Shown: positions 22,785 through 35,218 of the stretch, piece after piece
Position numbering within the stretch: position 1 is the stretch's first letter
Layout: every line of letters starts with the position of its first letter
Source: Eukaryota sp. GEM-RC1
Lineage: Eukaryota
DNA: 64,000 nt
Assembly: GCA_040285855.1 (NCBI GenBank)
Contig: JAUFOQ010000002.1
Span: 2,728,001-2,792,000 of the forward strand
Direction of reading: 5' to 3'
The notes under the pieces: model-generated
What the model was told of the DNA's origin: nothing
Databases searched by the model: none
What the model saw: the letters and a program-made list of their open reading frames with translations, nothing else
Program-made: the position numbers and the translations under genes

Positions 22785-25127
22785 ATGGCTCTGGCACTTC
22801 AACCCAACGCTCTCTTTGATGAATTTCTTGAGGCTCACTGCTTGGAAGACATTACTGCTATGGTTGAAGCCAGTGAATTCACCCTTCGTATCGACTTAAG
22901 CATATTGGGTACGTTTGATCGTCAACTTCAAAAAGCTGTAAGATTACGCTTCTACCTTCTTGAACCTACTCTAAACCGAACACTTACTACATTCATTGCA
23001 TCACGTTTTCCTGAGTTTCTGGAGGCTCATCCATCTCAAACCTTCCGTGTAGCCTTCTTCAACGTTGAACATACCATCTCTGTACGTGACATCCGTACTG
23101 CTCGTATTGGAACCCTCTGTTCAATTACTGGTACAGTTATCCGTGTCTCTGACGTTCGCCCTGAACTCCTTGCTGGTACCTTCTCTTGTCCAAAGTGTCA
23201 TAATCGTATAGCCAACGTGGACCAACAATTCCAATACACACCTCCTACTTGCTGTCCAACTAACAACTGCCCTGCCACCTCCAAATTTCTCTTTCTCCCC
23301 ACTGCCTCCCAATGGTGTGACTGGCAACGTCTCCGTATCCAAGAAGATTCCTCCACCGTCCCCCCTGGTTCCCTCCCTCGTTCCATGGATGTTATCTTGA
23401 GGAATGAGCTAGTGGACAGGTTAAAGCCTGGTGATAAGGTTGTCCTTGCTGGAACTGTGGTTGCTCTGCCTGACGAGTCTTTGGTTTTAAACAAGAAGGA
23501 TCAAAAGATGGCGAAACAAAAGAAGAGAGGCGGGGATTTGTCTGGAGTGTCAGGACTTGCTGGTGGTATCCGTAGTGTGAACTTCAAACTCGCCTTTGTC
23601 ACGTCATCAATTCAATCATATTCTAGCTCAGGAATGGGTAGAAACTATGTCTTTACTGAAAGTCAACAAGAACGCATCGTTCAAATGCAGAGTTCTCCCA
23701 CCATTGAACAAGACCTAGTCAACTCTATTTGCCCTGCTGTCCATGGTCACGATGATCTCAAACGTGGAGTCCTTCTAATGATGTTAGGAGGTGTCTGTAA
23801 GAAAGGACAGACTATCAACCTAAGAGGGGACTTGAATGTCTGTGTAGTAGGTGATCCTTCTACTGCCAAGTCTAAAATACTCAAATGGGTCTCCTCCTTT
23901 ATCCCAAGAGCTATCTATACTTCTGGTAAGAGTGCGTCAGCTGCTGGTTTAACAGCTAGTGTTGTTAGGGATGTTGAAACTGGAGACTTTGCGCTTGAGG
24001 CTGGTGCAATGTTGTTAGCTGATGGATCTATTTGTTGTATTGATGAGTTTGATAAGATGGATCCTAAGGATTCTTCTTCTATTCATGAGGCAATGGAACA
24101 GCAGACTATTTCAGTAGCTAAGGCTGGTATTAGAGCTACGCTTTCTTCAAGAGCTAGTGTGTTTGCAGCTTGTAATCCTATTGGAGGTCGTTATGATCCG
24201 AGTAAGACTCTACGACAGAATCTGTCACTCTCAGCTCCAATCATGTCACGTTTTGATCTCTTTTTTGTACTTCGAGATACTTATTCTACAACTCATGATG
24301 TTTCCATTGCTCGTCATATCGTCTCAGTTCATCAGAATTTAGAAATGAACTTCTCTGTCGTCTATCAACCAACTGAGTTAGCTAGTTATGTGTTATTTGC
24401 TAAGAATATTGACCCTATTCTAACTCCTGAAGCAAAGAGAGAGATTATAGATCAATATTCACGTTTGAGACGTGACGATACGGGACTTACCAAGACTTCT
24501 TTCAGAATCACTGTTAGACAGTTAGAAGCTTTGATTCGGCTTTCTGAAGCCTTTGCTAGAATGTATTTGCTGGATCGTGTTTCTATTTATTGTGTTCAGT
24601 CAGCTGCTAGATTACTCAAAAGTACTAGATTATTTGTTGATTTGGAACCAATTCAGTTTTTAATCAATGCTAATGATGATTTGGAACAGGAAAGTGATGA
24701 CGAGAGCACGGTACCTATGGAGAATGCTGACGTTAGCGAGAGTCAGCCAATGGAAGAAGCGGAAAGTCAGGATCAGGCTGAAAGTCAATCACAATCACAG
24801 GAACCAACACGTGAAGGTCCACGTAGAACACGAACTGTCACTCGTCAGGATTATGAACGAATCTTACTGATTGCAGCTCAGTACATTCGTCAGCATGAGT
24901 CTGTAACTGGATCTGGTGTACTTCAACAGGAGGTCGTTGATCACGTTTTGCAAGAGTTTAGTGACGTTGTAACAATCGACGACTTGAGAATTAAGAGATT
25001 GTTGATTGGGAAAGTGATCATGAAGCTAACAGATGTTGATAAGATCTTTTTAGTCAGCAAATATGCTCCAAAAGGGGAAGAAGATTCTAGGTTGATTACT
25101 GTTAATCCTAACTTTTCTCTGGATTAG
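22785..25127 (+). CDS. MCM6: DNA replication licensing factor MCM6
   Basis: VRPEL, WQRLRIQE, PPGSLPRSMDVILR, VGDPSTAKS, YTSGKSASAAGLTA, IDEFDKM, APIMSRFDL, ITVRQLE, C-terminal VNPN. Confidence 0.93.
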   Translation: MALALQPNALFDEFLEAHCLEDITAMVEASEFTLRIDLSILGTFDRQLQKAVRLRFYLLEPTLNRTLTTFIASRFPEFLEAHPSQTFRVAFFNVEHTISVRDIRTARIGTLCSITGTVIRVSDVRPELLAGTFSCPKCHNRIANVDQQFQYTPPTCCPTNNCPATSKFLFLPTASQWCDWQRLRIQEDSSTVPPGSLPRSMDVILRNELVDRLKPGDKVVLAGTVVALPDESLVLNKKDQKMAKQKKRGGDLSGVSGLAGGIRSVNFKLAFVTSSIQSYSSSGMGRNYVFTESQQERIVQMQSSPTIEQDLVNSICPAVHGHDDLKRGVLLMMLGGVCKKGQTINLRGDLNVCVVGDPSTAKSKILKWVSSFIPRAIYTSGKSASAAGLTASVVRDVETGDFALEAGAMLLADGSICCIDEFDKMDPKDSSSIHEAMEQQTISVAKAGIRATLSSRASVFAACNPIGGRYDPSKTLRQNLSLSAPIMSRFDLFFVLRDTYSTTHDVSIARHIVSVHQNLEMNFSVVYQPTELASYVLFAKNIDPILTPEAKREIIDQYSRLRRDDTGLTKTSFRITVRQLEALIRLSEAFARMYLLDRVSIYCVQSAARLLKSTRLFVDLEPIQFLINANDDLEQESDDESTVPMENADVSESQPMEEAESQDQAESQSQSQEPTREGPRRTRTVTRQDYERILLIAAQYIRQHESVTGSGVLQQEVVDHVLQEFSDVVTIDDLRIKRLLIGKVIMKLTDVDKIFLVSKYAPKGEEDSRLITVNPNFSLD

Positions 25128-25231
25128 GTTGTCATTTCTCAGTTTAGTTGTATTTTATAAGTTAAAAGATTTTATTTATTTTCTAAAGAATATTTTTCTC
25201 AATATATATTTTTCCAAATATTGGCCTCTTT

Positions 25232-26248
25232 TCAAACTCTTGAATCACATTCTCTTTCTCTTGCGGTGCAATGACTTGAAAACAACATGTCAATAACACA
25301 TCTTGGTATTTCAGGGAGCTCAACTTTCTCCATATCAAATTTTGGTAACAAATTTAAAATTTGTTCAGCTGTTGGCCGCTTCTTTGGGTCCCAAGAAAGC
25401 ATAGATCGTATTAGATTCAACTCAGAAACACTAACTTTACCTTCAAGAATCTCCTCCAAAACCCCATCACTCTTGCTAAAACTCAATCCCTTGGCTCCAG
25501 GCAGATCCTTGGATTCTGGCCAATCAACTTCATCAAAAGTACCTAAGTAATCAACCATTTGACCTAAAACACCCAACTCAAAATCTGAGTCAAATAATAT
25601 CTTCCCAGTAACTAACTCAACCCAGATACATCCCAAAGAGAAGATATCAATTGGAGAGGAATAGAACACGTCACCAAAGAGGATCTCTGGAGCTCGGTAG
25701 TTAAGGGTGACTAAAGAAGGAGTGTTGGGGTTAGGAGGATCAAGGATCTTGGATGAGCCAAGATCACCAATCACTATTGATTGCTTCTTATGTGAGATGA
25801 AGATATTGGAGGGCTTGAGATCGCGGTAGAGAACGTCTTGGCTATGGAGGTAGGATAGGCCAGAAGCTATACTGGAAAGAAGAAATAGAACAGTATCATG
25901 TGATAATGTGGATTGTGTATTAGAAAAGATGTATTTAATTAAGTGCGCTAGGTCGTAGTCGTACAAGTCAAAACACAGGAAGATGTTATGGAATGGAGGA
26001 GGACCCACGGAGAAAGAAATCAGCTGGAGGACATTGGGATGACACATTTGAGAAAGAATGGTGATCTCACGTAGCTTCCTGTCACTGGAGGAAGAATATA
26101 TGGAAAGATGACGAAGTTCTTTAAGAACTACATCTTGACCCGAGGTAAGGTCATGTCCATGATGAATTATACCGAACGATCCTTCATCAAGCTGACAATC
26201 TAGGCGAAAGTTTTCGAATGGTTGAATGAAATGAGAGAGGTTGTCCAT
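25232..26248 (-). CDS. CDK-like (CMGC) Ser/Thr kinase
   Basis: EGSFG, LREITIL, YRDLKPSN, VTLNYRAPEILFG, IDIFSLGCI; DLG in place of DFG. Confidence 0.9.
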   Translation of the reverse strand: MDNLSHFIQPFENFRLDCQLDEGSFGIIHHGHDLTSGQDVVLKELRHLSIYSSSSDRKLREITILSQMCHPNVLQLISFSVGPPPFHNIFLCFDLYDYDLAHLIKYIFSNTQSTLSHDTVLFLLSSIASGLSYLHSQDVLYRDLKPSNIFISHKKQSIVIGDLGSSKILDPPNPNTPSLVTLNYRAPEILFGDVFYSSPIDIFSLGCIWVELVTGKILFDSDFELGVLGQMVDYLGTFDEVDWPESKDLPGAKGLSFSKSDGVLEEILEGKVSVSELNLIRSMLSWDPKKRPTAEQILNLLPKFDMEKVELPEIPRCVIDMLFSSHCTARERECDSRV

Positions 26249-26279
26249 CTACTTTTCTTCTTTGAAAAACGATCCTCAA

Positions 26280-26618
26280 ATGTCTCTTTTATCAGACAAT
26301 GTTAAACGAATGCGGTTTCTACAAAGAGCATCTAATGTATCAAAGGAAATCGCCCATATTCCCGTTGACCAATGGGTATTGATTAAACACCCAGAGTCTC
26401 CTCAACAACCTACTGTATTACCTTTCGTTGATACAACTTGTACAAAAATTGGTATCGGACGCTTCTCGTTCAACGGCTTCAATAAGGAAATCGAACTGCA
26501 GATGCAGGAGACTACTAAAAAACGGCGAAGTGGAGGTAATGATGTTGATATCTCAACGGAGGAGATGTCAAAACTTATGTCTAATCCTGTACCAAAGCCC
26601 AAGAGACGGAAACATTAA
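26280..26618 (+). CDS. MPP6: M-phase phosphoprotein 6-like exosome cofactor
   Basis: LSDNVKRMRFLQR and GRFSFNGFNKEIE motifs; ATG at 26280. Confidence 0.75.
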   Translation: MSLLSDNVKRMRFLQRASNVSKEIAHIPVDQWVLIKHPESPQQPTVLPFVDTTCTKIGIGRFSFNGFNKEIELQMQETTKKRRSGGNDVDISTEEMSKLMSNPVPKPKRRKH

Positions 26619-27011
26619 ACCGCAGCATGTATACATTTCTGTTCTTTGTGGAAGCTTGTACTTTCTCTCTTTACTCAGCTAGTCATTCAATTTCCACTAG
26701 CTTCCTCCAACTTTAGCTTAGTTCCTTATTTATAGTTTATTTTCTGAAATATTTACTATTTTAGAATCTTCCAGATATCAGTTCCTCCAAACTGAGGTTC
26801 AATTGTCTGGGTTTTTTGTGCCTGCTTTCTTAATAAAGAAGGCCTTTAATTACATGTTATAATTGGACATTGAGTAGACCATTAAACATTTCGAAAGGTA
26901 GTTTAGTACGTTGAATGAGTTCTGCATAAGCAGGAGACGATGGTCTGATTTGATGAAGAAGACATTTTGATTAAAATTTTGACTAAAAGCATTAGAATCA
27001 GAAAATAAAAA

Positions 27012-27083
27012 TTCGCATACCGGGAATCGAACCCGGGTCTAGCATGTGAGAGACGCTAATGCTAACCACTACACCATATGCGA
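27012..27083 (-). tRNA. tRNA-Glu(CTC)
   Basis: Acceptor TCGCATA/TATGCGA plus A; anticodon arm agcgt-ctCTCac-atgct; T arm ccggg-ttcgatt-cccgg; T-run terminator downstream. Confidence 0.93.
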
Positions 27084-27649
27084 TTAGATTCTGATAGCGG
27101 TTGCTTGGTGTCACCCTTTCCCTAAAATATATAATAAGGTAATGAAATCTAACCTTTATTTGATTACTACCCAACCTAAATACCTTCATTAACGATTTCG
27201 GAAACCCGTGTTCCGTCTCTCTATTGTCACTAAACGGGACATAGCTTGTTTGGTTCCTCATCCGTTGACATTTGTTCCTGTTTTCCAATCTTAATTGTTA
27301 ATTAGTTTCTTTTTATGTACCTAGGTCGATACTTACACACATTTTTTTGTTCTGGAACTAATTCAAATAGCAATTTCTAATGCTGGTTCAGGATATACTG
27401 ATCTTAAATTGTACTGTTCAGGAGTACTATATGGCCGTGGAAGACATATATATGTAGACATTACTCAGAAAGAGATGTTCACGTCTCAATTCAAAGAGAT
27501 GGTGTGGAATCGATTCAAAGTACTAAACATTGTTTTAAAAACGGAGACTAACAACACTACTCTTAATATACTTTGATTAACATTCTGTCCATAATTTTTA
27601 GACAACTTTTTGAAAGATGAGAGAAGTTTTCAAAAATGTAATACTTTCC

Positions 27650-28050
27650 GAATGTGATACATTTATCGAAAGGATTTTGATTTTACGACCCAGACTGTTG
27701 ATTCTTGCAAATCGGCTAATGTTTTAAATGCTTCAAATGATCCACTGAAGGATGCTGAGAACGCTACAGTGTCAAAGTACGTACATCAAGTTGCTGCATT
27801 GAATTCACGAAGTCACATTAATATTGACCTTCAGCCTTTTGTGATATCCTTATACGGAATTTTCGGTTCTGCTAAGGAGTTTTAAAATTTGTTTGCAAAG
27901 TTGTGTTCAGAATTTGGTAAAGTTTAACAGGCCGTTCTGGAAGAGTAAATTGGCTTTTTCGATTTCTAAGTCAGTGTATAAATGTGTTGATTCCATTTTG
28001 TCCAAAGTTGTTTGGAGCCAACTACTTTTCGAAATTAGGCGGTTCGTCTG
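27650..28050 (+). pseudogene. CRE-like non-LTR retrotransposon 3' fragment (REL endonuclease-like)
   Basis: Translates TVDSC...DPLKDAENATVSKY...LQPFVISLYGIFGS...FWKSKLAFSI, similar to ORFs at 32358 and 39014. Confidence 0.65.
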
Positions 28051-28179
28051 ACAATTGTTTGAATAGTGTTTATTTATTTTTTGTTTTCTTGTTGTGTGTT
28101 TTTCTCCGCACATAAATCTGTTTTTTTATGGAAAACAAATGGATTGTGACAAATTCTTCTTCGCAATTAAATAAGGAAA

Positions 28180-29557
28180 ATGTTCTCTTGTGCAAGTCTT
28201 CCATGTGTTTCATTCAACTCCACCACGTCTTGTAATTTATCCTCATCAATCGATGTACACAGTACTCTTGTACAGACTGTTCCTCTTGAATTCAAAAATG
28301 CTTTCACCGAACCAGAACGCAATACAGTTTCTACTCAAACTGTTTCACTATCTTTTCCATCAATACTGAATGTATAGATCATATCTTTCAATCAATGTAC
28401 CTTAATGGTGTTTTTTCGCGAATTCACGATATTCTTGAAGAAAACACTTCTCATGATACCTTGGAAATAGCATCCTACCGGTTCAAGAGCACTTCAATCT
28501 CCAGTTCTGCCATATTTGCTACTTTCTCTCCTTGTTCTTTCCCTGTCTTCCGCCTGACATCCTGCCCCTTCTCCTCCCACGTCTCCAAATCCAGAAACAT
28601 CATCTCCTGTCATTCTCACCTTTCCCATGACGGATGGTGCCCTCATTCATCATCAATTTACATTTACTATTCTCTTCGTTCCTCCTGGGAACAACCTCAA
28701 CTTACACATCTCTTTCCATCTTGTATTACTTACATTGCTCCACATCCCCAAAAACCCTCTGTCTTTTGTCTTGGCTTTTTAGATGGTTCAATTAGAATCA
28801 TTAATACTACCAAAATCGGAGATCCTCTTGTAGCAGTGTCAAAGAGATCTCCATCTTCTAAAGCTGTTGCTTTCCTCTCATGGTTTACAGATCCAGTTTT
28901 TAAAAATGTTTCAATCGTAGTCCATCAAGATGGTTTTGTTTCATTGTTTTCTGTTAAAAACTCACTTTCTGAACCATTAGCACAGTTTCAGTTGTCTGAC
29001 AGTGGAGCGTATGGCAGTTTGATTGGTGACATCACGTCATGTCAACTCATCACTGGTCAAGATGACTCTCAACAACCTGTTTTCCTAGTTGGTTTCTCAA
29101 GTGGACTGCTCTCCCATTTCTCCCTTCCCCTTACAGACTCTTCAGCTCTACAACAGATTCCCTTGGTTTCGGTGTCTTCTTTCTCCTCTTCTATCTCCGC
29201 CATTGCTACATCGCCTTCTTTAAGGTCGGACATTGCTGCAGTTTCATTTGGTGACACTGTGGCTGTCTTTGAGAACATTCTTGGAATTCGAGAGTGAAGT
29301 TTTCTGTTGGGGATTTTGAAATGGTGACGTCATTGTTTTGGCCTTGGTTCAATCCCAATGTTTTGGTTGTTGGTACTTCTAAGGGAAATCTGTGTGTTTT
29401 CAGAATAGATGAGGAACCAACGTGTTGTGAACGGTTATCTTTTTCTAATGAATCTGTTACTTCAATTTGTTCAACTGAGTGGGATGATCGCGATGTTCTG
29501 TGTGTTGGAAATAGGGCAGGAACTATTGGTCTAGTGGAAATGAAGATATACGACTAG
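28180..29557 (+). CDS. WD40 dynein-2 intermediate chain WDR34-like; split across three ORFs
   Basis: VSTQT, HDGWC, SCITYIAPHPQKPSVFCLGFLDGSI, WFNPNVLVVGTSKGNL; junctions near 28380 and 29290 unresolved. Confidence 0.6.
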
Positions 29558-29759
29558 TGATTGATTGTGATTGAGAATGATTGATGACGTGCAATATCCT
29601 GGTCCAATTTCATTGTTTTGATGTATGTGAACATGTAATTCGTTTTTAATTGTTTGGTATTGACTTGATTTGGTTAATTTTTAATAAGAATTAATCTAAT
29701 CAATTTGATTTTTTTGGTTCATGCCAATATTAAATTTATGTTGTACGGATCGGTAGGTA

Positions 29760-30220
29760 CCGATGTCATTTGATGTTGTATAAACAGCCTTAAGATTTGC
29801 ATGAAATAAATCGATTTAAATACTGATTCCAGAGTTCAGGTTCATCCACTCGTCAAACTCAGCATCATTAGGTGTCTTGGAAACCACACACAACTAGTCG
29901 AGTAATCATATGAATCAAAAGGGGGATTTCCTTGTTGGAATAGCTCAGCTACAGGATGATCAAATGGATTGAGGTTTCTCAGACAGCGGCTTGTTTCAAT
30001 CTATGGCCGCTTAGGAAAAAGTGCATTGAATTTTGGAAATGAGTTCGGAAAAATCGTAAAAAATAGGATGAACAAACGTTTTGATATGTTATGGTTGAAT
30101 TGTATCGTTTTGCTACTTTTCAAAAAATTCCCCTCATAATCTCCAAAGCTTTATAGGCAGTGAGTTCCTTTTATGAGGACAAAGCTGTTGTAAGATTTGA
30201 TAGCGACGGGTCTTGTTTTA
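29760..30220 (+). pseudogene. CRE-like non-LTR 3' fragment
   Basis: Translates SIYGRLGKSALNF...KRFDMLWLNCIVLLLFK. Confidence 0.55.
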
Positions 30221-30543
30221 ATAATATCAAATTTTAGTTGTTTAGTCTATTACATTTACAAGAAATTACTGTTATGTAAAAAATTCTTTTGAAAGGTATA
30301 TTTCTATTGTCATAAATAATCAATTACTGTCACTTATCTAATTAAAGAGTGTGTGATACTTGCCATATCATGTGATCTACATGTATATACACAAGGCAAC
30401 AGTATTTGTTTTGTGATTGCTTTGCGAGCATTTCATTAATCGATGTGTTGTTCAATAATGGCAATATTGGCTCATCAGAATAATGTGGCAACTGTTTATT
30501 TAAAAATGGAAAGCAACAGATCGTCCATTATAGTGGTCCATAC

Positions 30544-31378
30544 CATAGATGGGAAATACAGAATACATGTATTCTGTGTATTTGTATTTGTATTTGTTTG
30601 ATATTTTTAGTATCATTATTTATTTATTGGTATTTGGTCTTATTCATTCTATTTGTTTGCATATTCAATGCAGATTTTGACAAAAATACTGCTTGTGTAC
30701 CACTCACATTGTTTCTTCTGCAAAAGTACGTACAATTGTAGTATGAAGTTGTGTGTGTCCAGGAAATTCCAATTCATACCATTATGTTATGACTTCTGAT
30801 GATTCAAAACACTTGCTTCCTCTCCCACTATGCTGTTTACATCTCAACTGCGCGGATATCAGCACAAAAACGTAATCTCTGACAATCTCTTATGGATAGG
30901 TGCTCGTTGAGATGGAGAGTCAAGGGGCATGATATTTATTTCTCTTCAATTTTCTGAAAAGTCAGGGGAGAAACTTCATTTTTGGCTTTATTACATGCAC
31001 TTTTTGCACACACCATATTTAATCACATCAAAGACCTTAGTAGTTGAATCTACCAGTAGATGAAGTTGAATACTATTTAGTTCGTAAATATCTTGATCAC
31101 CCACTCTCTATCAAAATATTTGGTTTTTGGTGAGTTTCTATAGTATAAAAAAAAGTTCAACTACATTAGGCGTGACAACGATGAAACGTATACAGTTTCT
31201 CGCAATACCTATAGTTTAGTTCATCATTTTAAATGGTCTTATCAAAGTAACACATATGTTTCCACCTGGAATACAATTGAAATACACTCACTTGATAGAA
31301 GTAGTGTATTTGTATTCGTTGTATTTGTATTTGTATTTGTATTAATACAGAGGCATGAAGTTGTATTTCCCATCTATG
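30544..31378. mobile_element. Non-autonomous hAT-like element
   Basis: 17-bp perfect TIR catagatgggaaataca / tgtatttcccatctatg; subterminal (gtattt)n arrays; imperfect 8-bp flanks gtccatac / gcacatac. Confidence 0.85.
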
Positions 31379-32357
31379 GCACATACCCTTCAAATTACGA
31401 TTACTTCATGTTCAGTTATTTTGATTCAATTCTCAACCGTCTCGTTAAATTGAGATATGAAATTGCTGGACAATATATTCTTTATATTATTATAATGTAA
31501 TGTAACATCATCAAAATACATTCATCACTTAGATAAAACAGTTCGAGGTTATGTTTCTATACTCCACCTGTTCAGTGTTGTAAGCCAAGATTCAAAAACA
31601 ACAAGCGTTCCAAAATCTGGTAGGTCCAAGGGTGGATGGTATTCCCCAAGATGTCTCGACAAGACGCAATTATCTAATACTGTCAAAATAATCGAAATAT
31701 GTAACGGTTGTGAACGAAGTTACTTCCAGAGATCCAAAATTTAGCCAGTTAAAATTGACTGAGAGAGTGAACGTAACACACTGTTTGAGGAAATCGCCCT
31801 TTACAAGGTTTTAACGATTAAGTGGAAAGAATTTCTCAGTATGAAGCTGATACAACTCCTGTTTGGCTCAAGTCCATGGCTATACTAATGATGACGAAGA
31901 TGGAGGACTACTGGCAGAGGATGTTGTGTATGGCAATGTGTTGGATCCCCTAATTCCCTTTATTCGGTGAAGTAATGCTTAGATTATAACGATGTATTGA
32001 ACGCAGTTCTTTAACAAATGTTTTTATACAAATACTGTTTCCAATTATGGGCAGAATTAACTTTGATAATGATACCGTAAAATTCAGTGAAAAATGGTCA
32101 GGTTCGGAACAGTTCAGGTTCAAGTCTTCAATACAGTGAACTCGGACCGGTTTCAGTTTCAAAGGTGAGACCTCCCCACGCAGAATTTAAGAATAATTTG
32201 TCTTCGAATTTCCCATCATGGATATAATGTACATGCCAACGTGGAATGCTCCCACCTTCTGATGTGCCGCAATAAGAGAGAGATGTTTATACGGCACCCA
32301 ATAAGGTAACCTTCCTACAAACTATGAAATTGTAAAAACAAACAAATAATACTGAGA

Positions 32358-32780
32358 TTAAATCCAAACGACTTCATCACCACCCGGTAAAAGATTACGT
32401 TTATCAACATTAACCTTCACACCAAACTTGTACAATTTCTCAATTAACCTAGAGAAATAGAAAGGCATATTCCGATATATGGAAAACACTATACGGTTTT
32501 TCCATTCAGCCATTCTAAACTTACGCTTCTTTTCTTTACACAACTCTTCGAAATCCTTGAAAAATTGATCACCAGCAGGACTAATAGATCCAAAAAGAGA
32601 AAGAGCAAAAGGTTGAAACACAAATTTGGAATATGAGTTTCCATTTAATTCTTCTACTTGAGAGTCATACTTGGAGTGTTTGAGCTTTTCAGCAGCTGTT
32701 AATGGATTAAAAGAAGAATAATATGCCGCAATAATGTTCACCGTACACCATATGCGATTTTTGGTTCCATTAACCAACAT
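32358..32780 (-). pseudogene. CRE-like non-LTR 3' fragment (REL endonuclease-like)
   Basis: AAEKLKHSKY...FQPFALSLFGS...WKNRIVFSIYR. Confidence 0.7.
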
Positions 32781-33399
32781 TTTGTTACATAGAGTGATCT
32801 TTCATTTTTCTGATAGACGCCTACGCAAGTTAAATCAGCTACTACATCCTGTATCAGAACATTGGTGCCATTGATCACTCAATTTCACTGTCTATAGTCT
32901 AGACCCGCTTCCATTACTATTATGTTCCGGACACATTTCTTTGTCCAATCCAATGGAAATTGACCAGTTTGTGTTAATGAATCATTTGTTTTGCCATCCA
33001 GATTTAGGCGGTATTTGTTTCACTTTATCTAGGCGTCTTTGTAAAGCCACGTTTATTAGAGGCGGTGTGAGTTTTGTATTTGAGTTATGTAATCGTTTTC
33101 CTGAAAGAAGACCTCTTTTAATTTGCCTTTCCTTTCAATATCGCAGCGAGTTGGAAAGACAAATAGATTCACTATCTCCCTGAGACCTGGAATTCACGTT
33201 TCCCAAATAATGTTAAAGACATTCCATCTCTACTTTAGCAAATTTGCAGTTCTGTGTCAGAAAACTGCAAAATCATCTTACAAAAATATAACGAAAGCTT
33301 GCATTTTAAACTTCGTCTTAGCTCGGCTAAGAAAACAAATTCCGGTTTTACGAATTTTTATGTGATTTGAAGAACAGTTCTGCTTCTTCTCTGATAACG

Positions 33400-34200
33400 C
33401 AAACACCGATCGTTTATGGACTACTGCTTAATGATGAAGAATGTACGACCGTTGTGCGTGTGTGATGCTGTATAAATTGCCCAGTAACATTCCTAATAAT
33501 AAACTAGTAATTGGAAAATGTGGTCAGGGTATATCATCCATTTCATTGTTGTCGTTTTAAGGTTAACAGATCGGTTGTGAATAATGTAGTTCGAGATCAA
33601 ATATTGTTAATCTGTAAATCGTAACGTTTAGAATCTTTTCTAAAAATTGAGTGGGATCTTTTTGACATTTCTTTTGTTGGCTTGTTTGATCCCGAAGCCA
33701 AGAAATTGCTACAAAAATTTGGCGGCGTGGCACAACAGCATTGTAACAAGTCTTTCAACCAAAGATATTGGACTAACATATTGGTATTTTCTGTTTTCAA
33801 GACTGTTCCTCAGATGCTGAAAAGAAGCCTGATTTCTTTAGGCGACCATTTCTGCCGTCTTGTTTGTAGGCAAAAGAGATTTTGAGGATATTGCTTTTTG
33901 AAAGAGTACCATAGGTTTCTGTTTGTTTGTTGTATTAGCCTTTTAGCAATATATTTGACTTTGAGAATAATACTCTTACTGTAGATTGATTATAGAGATT
34001 TAGCACCATACATATAAATAAGGTGTTTAATAGCGCTGTATGGATTAATCGAATTATGTTCGCTCTTTATAGAAGCATTCCCAAGTATTTATGTTCCATT
34101 TATTCGAAGTTGTTTAGGGACAATTCTCGTGTTGATGTGGAGAATTTAACTTCTTTCATTTTCTGAATTACAATATAGTATGTATCAATTTATTGTTGCA
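33400..34200 (+). pseudogene. Two tandem CRE-like non-LTR 3' fragments
   Basis: FDISFVGLFDPEAKKLL...YWTNILVFSVFK at 33661-33800; WINRIMFALYRSIPKY at 34041-34090. Confidence 0.55.
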
Positions 34201-34437
34201 AATAAACTGTTATTATATCTATGGTTTTTATTTAAAACGTATTTGGAGTAACTGTAACAATCATTTCGATTTCATTCAATTTTATCATTAATACAAAATC
34301 TAGCAATTATCATAGAGAATACTCCAATCCTTTACCAGAGAATGGTGCCGTTCGGAAATCTAATTCCACAACAGCTTACAATTTACAGAACTTTCAACAA
34401 AAATACTACAATAGTACATTCACACACATTAGTTTTC

Positions 34438-35190
34438 TCATCGTCCTTTCTTTAGTTTGGTTAACTCACTACGTTGTTCCTGATTTAACTTACTCATCGC
34501 ATCATTAAGGGTACCCCAATAAATTTTCGTGTAATTCTGTCTCAGAAACATAAAGACAGTAGATGGATCGCTTTTAGAGGATTCTTTACATATCCAAGCA
34601 ACACATTTTCGGATTAAGTTATCCTTGCATTCCAAAAGAGTTTTAGTTACTTCAAGTGCAACTGGAACAGATGCAGCGATTTTCCTACACGGACGACAAA
34701 ATACAGCTATTGAAGTGCGACGCACAAACAGTTTGGATGATGAATTCCATTCCCTCACGTCATCAAGAAAAGGGCTTTCAAAAACAGGAAAACGACCTAG
34801 GTATTCCAGACATAACATGTCAACAGCCACCCAACTATCAGCAAACGGAACAAATCTCTTGATAGTATTCCACACATCAATGTTGGTAAAATCGGAAGGT
34901 TGTGAGATAGCAGTGAGTAGACATGGTATGAAAATATGGGGTTCTAGGTATTGTGTAGTTGAATATAGGTCAAAGAGAGCATCGCTGACATCCACAACGG
35001 TCAAGTTCTTTCTATAGCTCTTGCCTATGATAGTAGCTTGCTTCCGTAATGTGGGATTGGATAAACCGAAACTCAATCGGGTAGCATCTTTGCCTAGAAA
35101 AGGCTTCACACTGGTATCTCGTTCAGGAGGAAGAGTGAAAACCTCATTGACATCCTGAAGGAATCTTTCAATTGACAAGGAATCAGTCAT
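34438..35190 (-). CDS. AlkD-like DNA alkylation repair protein (HEAT-like repeats)
   Basis: FGLSNPTLRK, DSWVAVD, WNSSSKLFVRR, LIRKCVAWICKE. Confidence 0.75.
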   Translation of the reverse strand: MTDSLSIERFLQDVNEVFTLPPERDTSVKPFLGKDATRLSFGLSNPTLRKQATIIGKSYRKNLTVVDVSDALFDLYSTTQYLEPHIFIPCLLTAISQPSDFTNIDVWNTIKRFVPFADSWVAVDMLCLEYLGRFPVFESPFLDDVREWNSSSKLFVRRTSIAVFCRPCRKIAASVPVALEVTKTLLECKDNLIRKCVAWICKESSKSDPSTVFMFLRQNYTKIYWGTLNDAMSKLNQEQRSELTKLKKGR

Positions 35191-35218
35191 GAAGTTTTGT
35201 AAAAAAATCCACGTTTGT

